Made by a program: the position numbers and the translations under genes. From positions 1 through 59,499 of IMG/VR virus record IMGVR_UViG_3300020599_000008: a DNA stretch of 59,499 nucleotides; one strand, written 5' to 3'. This document shows positions 54,827 to 59,499 of this stretch, piece after piece. The notes under the pieces were generated by a model. It was not told the origin of the DNA. It was given only the letters and a program-made list of their open reading frames with translations, and made no database searches. The DNA comes from a virus (lineage: Duplodnaviria > Caudoviricetes). The number at the start of each line of letters is the position of its first letter. The stretch's first letter is position 1.

Positions 54827-54827
54827 G

Positions 54828-55253
54828 CTATGCCTCACTTTCGGGCGCGAGATACGTGTCGCGCATGTCCTGATCGGCCTGCTTGAGTGCCGCGAGCACC
54901 GCGTCCTGATCGTCGCCCCGGACCGTGATGCTCCACCCGTAGCCGCCGCGCTGGCCCCGATCCAGGTTCACACGAACTCGTGGCTCAGTCGTGCCATGAA
55001 TGGTTCCGCTGGTTGTCTCGTTCATCTGTGCCTCATCCTCTAGCGGGCCCGTCCCCATGGGCACGGGCTTCATGGGTCGTGGAGCCGTCGCGAGAAGCCG
55101 GTCCACAACCTCGGGAGTGTAGAGCGCGTGCGGGGTCGGGCCATCGGGCAGCGCGGTCCCGACCGTGTGGAGCAGGTGTGCGTGCTTCCAGCACAGCGCC
55201 TCGCCCATGTCCTCAATCGCGAGCTCGCACCCCGGCACCCGACATGTCCCCAT
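54828..55253 (-). CDS. hypothetical protein
   Basis: N-terminal C..C...C..H; may be two genes. Confidence 0.55.
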   Translation of the reverse strand: MGTCRVPGCELAIEDMGEALCWKHAHLLHTVGTALPDGPTPHALYTPEVVDRLLATAPRPMKPVPMGTGPLEDEAQMNETTSGTIHGTTEPRVRVNLDRGQRGGYGWSITVRGDDQDAVLAALKQADQDMRDTYLAPESEA

Positions 55254-55432
55254 CACAGCATTCCCCCGATCCATAGTCCCAATATCCCCATCCCCAGAAT
55301 CAGCAGTCCGCCCACGATTCCGGCCAGCAGGTCCACGGCAAAGCGCGTGAGCCGTGGACCCACGACCGGAGCGCGCTGCACCTCTGGCCGGCGTGACGGC
55401 GCGATATAGCGGCGCGGACGCTCAGTGATCAC
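55253..55432 (-). CDS. small membrane protein
   Basis: C-terminal TM helix; coupled. Confidence 0.55.
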   Translation of the reverse strand: MITERPRRYIAPSRRPEVQRAPVVGPRLTRFAVDLLAGIVGGLLILGMGILGLWIGGML

Positions 55433-55869
55433 GGCGTCACCTGCGTGCCACATGAGCACGCCTCATCCACCTGCGCGAGGAACTTCCCCAGCGCCGCCAG
55501 ATTCGTGACGCTGGTGGATGAGCAGCACCCGCACGGAAGACACATCGTGACGTTGAATGCGCGGGAATACTGGTCCCGATCGCTCGCGAGAGCGCGCAGG
55601 TTGTCGGTCTGGAATCGAGACTGAAACAGGATGCCCTCGACCATGGTGAAGGCCGAAACGACATCATGCTTAGGCCACTCGTTGTCCACGTCCACGACCG
55701 AGAGCTTGACGCCGAACAGGCGCTCCATCCCTCGGCAAAACAGCACCGACGCGCTCTCTTCCGCGACCAGGAGTGCTTCGCGCCGCTCCGCCGCTTCACG
55801 CCGCTGTTTGTCGGCAAGGGCTTCTGCCGCTCTAGCACGTAGTGACATGGTTGCCGTGGGGTAATCCAT
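55429..55869 (-). CDS. hypothetical protein
   Basis: Hairpin plus GAGAGGA SD. Confidence 0.7.
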   Translation of the reverse strand: MDYPTATMSLRARAAEALADKQRREAAERREALLVAEESASVLFCRGMERLFGVKLSVVDVDNEWPKHDVVSAFTMVEGILFQSRFQTDNLRALASDRDQYSRAFNVTMCLPCGCCSSTSVTNLAALGKFLAQVDEACSCGTQVTP

Positions 55870-55898
55870 CGTTGCGTCCTCTCTTAGCCGTTTTTCGG

Positions 55899-56195
55899 CT
55901 AACGCTCGCCTCGGTGCTCCGCTAAGAACCGGGCGATCTCATCAGGCGTGTACAGAATCGTTTGCCCGTAGTGGAACGGTCGTAGCACCCCTTCCTTGCG
56001 CCACCGCCGCAGGGTCGAGACATCAACCCCGAGCCAGTCAGCAGCCTCATCGGTCGTGAGTGGTCGGTCCGGCAGCCACGCGGGCACCTGCTCGACAATC
56101 CGCGCCGCCACCGCCGCGGCGATGCGCTCAATCACGGCGTCGGGGAGGTCCAGCGATAGCGCAACCTGCCCGACCGCAGGGATCTGCTCAACCAT
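55899..56195 (-). CDS. excisionase-like HTH protein
   Basis: LTTDEAADWLGVDVSTLRRWRKEG. Confidence 0.8.
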   Translation of the reverse strand: MVEQIPAVGQVALSLDLPDAVIERIAAAVAARIVEQVPAWLPDRPLTTDEAADWLGVDVSTLRRWRKEGVLRPFHYGQTILYTPDEIARFLAEHRGER

Positions 56196-56355
56196 CGCCC
56201 CGCTCAATCCGCCGCAGGTACGCATCAAGCGCCTCGCGGACGACACGCGAGCGGTTGGTATCCCGCCGCGCCGCAACAATGCGATCAAGTGCCTCGATGT
56301 GCCGGGGATACAGCGAGAGCGAAACGTTCTCCGCGTACTCCCGCTCCTGCGTCAT
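56188..56355 (-). CDS. ribbon-helix-helix regulator (55 aa, not in ORF track)
   Basis: VSLSLYPRHIEALDRIVAARRDTNRSRVVREALDAYL; GGAGG SD. Confidence 0.8.
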   Translation of the reverse strand: MTQEREYAENVSLSLYPRHIEALDRIVAARRDTNRSRVVREALDAYLRRIERGDG

Positions 56356-56377
56356 CTCGACCTCCCTTCACGGATGT

Positions 56378-56472
56378 GGGTATCCAATATCCTGATATCT
56401 AATATTACTACAATCTAATACCACTTGGCAAGCATCTCGAATACCCTGATATCAGGTATCGCGATATTAGAG
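56378..56472. promoter_or_regulatory. immunity switch region with operator-like repeats
   Basis: AT-rich; palindrome CCTGATATCAGG and several GATAT/AATAT units between divergent regulators. Confidence 0.7.
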
Positions 56473-56521
56473 GTTCGCATCGAGCGGGTCCCGCGGTGCC
56501 GTCGAGAGAGAGGCGCTGGCA

Positions 56522-57220
56522 GTGAGCACCAAAGTGGGCCAGTTGATTCGGAATCGACGCCGTGAGCTGCAGTTGACACAGGAGGGGCTCGAGGAATTGG
56601 CACAGGTGAGCCAGACCTATATCAGCATGTTGGAGACGGGGCAAATCACGCGGCCCGAGATCGAGACATTGCGGCTATTCGCTGACTCACTGAACATCCC
56701 GATGAGGGACTTGATGATTGCGGCTGGTTGGCTCCAGATCGAGCCAGTGGTCGTGACCGAGGATGCGGTTGAGGTCGCAGTTCTGGGTGATGTCCCGGGG
56801 CCCGTGCCCTCGACTAGCGAAACTGAAGGCGGCGATGCAGTGATCCGGGTACTGCCCGAGATGATCGGGAGAGCGAACGAACCGTTTGCCCTGCGCGCAA
56901 CTGATAACGAGTGGATGCAGCGCGGCATTGTGGCGGGCAATTACGTGCTATGCGAGACATTCGACGATCAGGACGGGGCCCACGAGCCCGAGGTCGGGCA
57001 ACTGGTCGCGGTCGAGATAGACCGCGAGATCGTGCGGCTCGTCACATGGTCGCGTGAGGGCGATGCCGCGGTGCTGGACGGTGGTCAGGGGGTTGGCGAG
57101 GTGCTGCGGTCCCGCGCGTGGGCCCGGCGTGTCCGCGTCCTCGGGACCTACATCTATCATCTGGCCCCGCCGCCGGCGTCGCTCCTGGAACTCGCGACCA
57201 CCGCGCCCGAGAGCCGGTGA
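56522..57220 (+). CDS. CI-like repressor (XRE HTH + degenerate S24-like domain)
   Basis: LTQEGL..LAQVSQTYISMLETG; VAVLG.VPG, FALRA; the canonical GDSM serine motif is not evident. Confidence 0.85.
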   Translation: MSTKVGQLIRNRRRELQLTQEGLEELAQVSQTYISMLETGQITRPEIETLRLFADSLNIPMRDLMIAAGWLQIEPVVVTEDAVEVAVLGDVPGPVPSTSETEGGDAVIRVLPEMIGRANEPFALRATDNEWMQRGIVAGNYVLCETFDDQDGAHEPEVGQLVAVEIDREIVRLVTWSREGDAAVLDGGQGVGEVLRSRAWARRVRVLGTYIYHLAPPPASLLELATTAPESR

Positions 57221-57224
57221 CGCG

Positions 57225-58415
57225 GTGGTGAAGCCGAAGAAGAAGCCGGAGAAGCGCACCAGCATCCACGCGGGCGTCTACCCGAGCGGCGCGACCCACT
57301 GGCAGTACAAGCTCCGGTTACCGCGCCAACCCGACGGTACCCGGCCCATGGAAACCCGCGGGGGATTCCCGACCGACCAAGCGGCCCACGAGGCCCGGGT
57401 GCGCCGCCTGGTCCAGATCTACGATGGCATCGCGGTGGAGCCGGGTGACGAGACGGTCGAGCAGTACCTGCGGGCCTGGCTGAAACTGCGGGCTGACCAC
57501 GTGCGCCCGTCGACCGACTATAACTACCGCCGTACCGCGGAGCTGTTCATCTACCCGTACATCGGCGACATCCGCGTCCGGGCCCTGCGGGCCGATCACG
57601 TCGAGGCGTGGTTGCGAAGGTTACGCCACGAACATCTCAACGAGAAGACGGGCAGACGGGGGCTGGCCACATCGAGCATGAGGATGGCCCGGAGCATTCT
57701 GGTCGCAGGGCTCAACCACGCGGTGACGGTCCGGCGCATCCTGCCGTTCAACCCGGCGGCCAGCGTCGAGATCCCCCAGGGGGAGCCCACGGGCCGCGTG
57801 CTGGCGTGGACCGAGGATGAGCTGGCCCGCGTGCTCCCGTTCATCGATAAGGATCGCCACGCACTCATCTGGTACCTCGGGCTCTTCCTGCAGATGCGCC
57901 CCGGCGAGATTCTGGCGCTCACGCGCGACGACGTGGATCTCGCGCGTGGCGAGATCGCGGTCCGGCGCACCATTGCGCGCACCGCCTCGGGGCGCTTCGT
58001 GGTGTCGAACATGACGAAGCGCGAGTCCAGCGCGCGTACAATCCCCATGACGCGACGGATCCAGGAGTTGATGCGCGAGCATCTGGATCAACAGGATATC
58101 ATCGCGGCCAGCCGCGAGCGCGCGCGCGAGTGGAACATCCAACGGCTCGTCTTCCCCTCGTCCCGCACCGGATCGATCCGGGGGCACGCGTGGATGCGTG
58201 GATGCCTCGCGACGCTGTGCACGGCCGCCGAGGTGTCGCGTATCTCGCCCCACGGCCTGCGTCACACCGGCGCGACGTGGCTGATTCGTCGGGGCGTGTC
58301 AGCCGCGGTCGTGAGCCAGCGCCTCGGTCACTCGTCCGTGGCGTTCACGTTATCGCGGTACGTGCATCCCGATATGGGGGACCAGCGGACGGCGGGCGAG
58401 ATACTGGAATCGTAA
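57225..58415 (+). CDS. int: tyrosine integrase
   Basis: MRPGEILAL, HGLRHT.AT, RLGHS...T..RYVH catalytic residues. Confidence 0.95.
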   Translation: MVKPKKKPEKRTSIHAGVYPSGATHWQYKLRLPRQPDGTRPMETRGGFPTDQAAHEARVRRLVQIYDGIAVEPGDETVEQYLRAWLKLRADHVRPSTDYNYRRTAELFIYPYIGDIRVRALRADHVEAWLRRLRHEHLNEKTGRRGLATSSMRMARSILVAGLNHAVTVRRILPFNPAASVEIPQGEPTGRVLAWTEDELARVLPFIDKDRHALIWYLGLFLQMRPGEILALTRDDVDLARGEIAVRRTIARTASGRFVVSNMTKRESSARTIPMTRRIQELMREHLDQQDIIAASRERAREWNIQRLVFPSSRTGSIRGHAWMRGCLATLCTAAEVSRISPHGLRHTGATWLIRRGVSAAVVSQRLGHSSVAFTLSRYVHPDMGDQRTAGEILES

Positions 58416-58420
58416 GGGTT

Positions 58421-58721
58421 GTTCTACGGTTTGTTCCGCCGAATAACTATCAACGGCGCTTTTCCGCATGTGGACGCGGAATCTGCAAATCCGATTACTA
58501 TTTGCAGTATAGCGGGGCTTGTCCTGCAACGCCACCTATCAGCGGGCAACGAGCATGGGGTTTGAGCGCCCACATGCGGAAATCGACCCCGATGACCACG
58601 GTTCCCGTAGACCACGGCCCTGCACCCCAGGGCCGTGGTGTTCTACCGGGTGTTCCGTGGCGCTGCGCCACGTTCCCCGAGCTCACGCGCCCCGCCTGTT
58701 CTACGGGATGTTCTGCCGAAT
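58421..58721. other. attP-like region
   Basis: 24-bp direct repeats (58421, 58698), 17-bp inverted repeats (58461, 58566) and a central palindrome, directly after int. Confidence 0.65.
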
Positions 58722-58734
58722 TGCTGGAATATCA

Positions 58735-58791
58735 TTGACATGCTATACGTGATACTGTACAATCTAGTCATTGAGGTAAGCGGCCTCGATG
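58735..58791 (+). promoter_or_regulatory. sigma70 promoter plus TAAGCGG hairpin (copy 4)
   Basis: TTGACA-17-TACAAT; CATTGAGG-TAAGCGG-CCTCGATG. Confidence 0.85.
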
Positions 58792-58826
58792 CGGAACGTG
58801 GAACAGGACTGAGAGGAGTCCAGGAC

Positions 58827-59171
58827 ATGGCAATGACGATGAGCAAGGCCACGATCGACAACACCGAGCGCGCCACCGCGAACATCATCCAGTTCGCCCG
58901 CACCGAATGGGCGGTGCCGAGCCGCACTGAGCTTGGCGTCGTGTATCGCGTAGATCACACGCCCGATGGCTATCGGTGCAACTGCCCAGCGGGCCAGCGG
59001 GGGCGCGGGTGCTGGCACATCAAGGCGGTCGACGAAATGGTGAATCCCACGCCCCAGAACCTTGAGCCCGAGTGGGTGCGCGAGCGCTTCGAGGCGGATC
59101 GCCGCGCCCTCGGCGTTGCCCTGCTCCGGGGCCAGATCGACGGCTCAGGACGCCCGATCAAGAACCGCTAG
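58827..59171 (+). CDS. SWIM Zn-finger protein
   Basis: VPSRT...YRV...CNCPAG...CWHIKAV. Confidence 0.85.
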   Translation: MAMTMSKATIDNTERATANIIQFARTEWAVPSRTELGVVYRVDHTPDGYRCNCPAGQRGRGCWHIKAVDEMVNPTPQNLEPEWVRERFEADRRALGVALLRGQIDGSGRPIKNR

Positions 59172-59224
59172 TCCCCACGAGCGGGCGCAGAACGCGCCCG
59201 CTCTCTTCACGAGAGGAATGCCCG

Positions 59225-59458
59225 GTGAAGCAGTTCATCATCACGGCGACCACCAATGTCGTAGTTCCCATCACATTCCGGGTCAATGCCCGGAGCCTGG
59301 ACGACGCACACGCGATGCTCGCAGATCAGGACAGCAGGCAGTACGACGGAGACCAGATTGTCGCCGAACTGGATGACTGGGACTTCGACCTCGACGCTGG
59401 CGATATCGACGTCAAGCACATCGACCTCGACGGAGCCGAATCCCGCGAAGCCAACTAG
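59225..59458 (+). CDS. small acidic protein
   Basis: Hairpin plus GAGAGGA SD; GTG start. Confidence 0.7.
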   Translation: MKQFIITATTNVVVPITFRVNARSLDDAHAMLADQDSRQYDGDQIVAELDDWDFDLDAGDIDVKHIDLDGAESREAN

Positions 59459-59461
59459 CCA

Positions 59462-59486
59462 CCCCCCCCCCCCCCCCCCCCCCCCC
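59462..59486. repeat. poly-C tract (C25) at window end
   Basis: Homopolymer run. Confidence 0.9.
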
Positions 59487-59499
59487 GCGCGCGCGCGGG

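Larger units (their letters stand above)
1..59499. mobile_element. temperate siphovirus-like phage genome, apparently near complete
   Basis: Full packaging, head, tail, lysis, replication, immunity and integration modules; no host genes visible. Confidence 0.93.

Noticed and set aside
1-59499. Stop-codon recoding
   Set aside because: Genes tile densely under the standard code and no suppressor tRNA is present

Overview
The window looks like a near-complete, circularly permuted genome of a temperate, high-GC siphovirus-like phage (about 59.5 kb), broken at a poly-C tract found at both ends. The host is probably Chloroflexota, inferred from the endolysin C-terminal FERAR...LGL motif. Layout: (i) a minus-strand late operon from 33.2 kb down to 3.8 kb: ParB-like protein, TET/JBP dioxygenase, FkbM methyltransferase, terminase, portal, head, tail, tape measure, tail tip and lysis genes, with an opposite-strand PD-(D/E)xK nuclease moron inside the head genes; (ii) a minus-strand early/middle arm from 56.4 kb down to 35.4 kb: RHH regulator, Xis, Rad52-like annealase, replication initiator, PolX, two DNA methyltransferases, a DpdA/TGT-like enzyme, a DUF3780-like protein, RNA ligase, two tRNAs and tRNA-like RNAs; (iii) repressor, tyrosine integrase and an intact attP-like region; (iv) short plus-strand cassettes driven by four near-identical sigma70 promoters. 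The most unusual signals are a leader hairpin with a fixed (U)AAGCGG-type loop and covarying stems in front of at least 8 reading frames, the ParB-TET/JBP-FkbM module with a G8 frameshift next to the terminase, a tRNA / tRNA-mimic RNA cluster near an RNA ligase, and an orphan DUF3780-like gene. All family assignments come from motif recognition by eye; no database searches were run.
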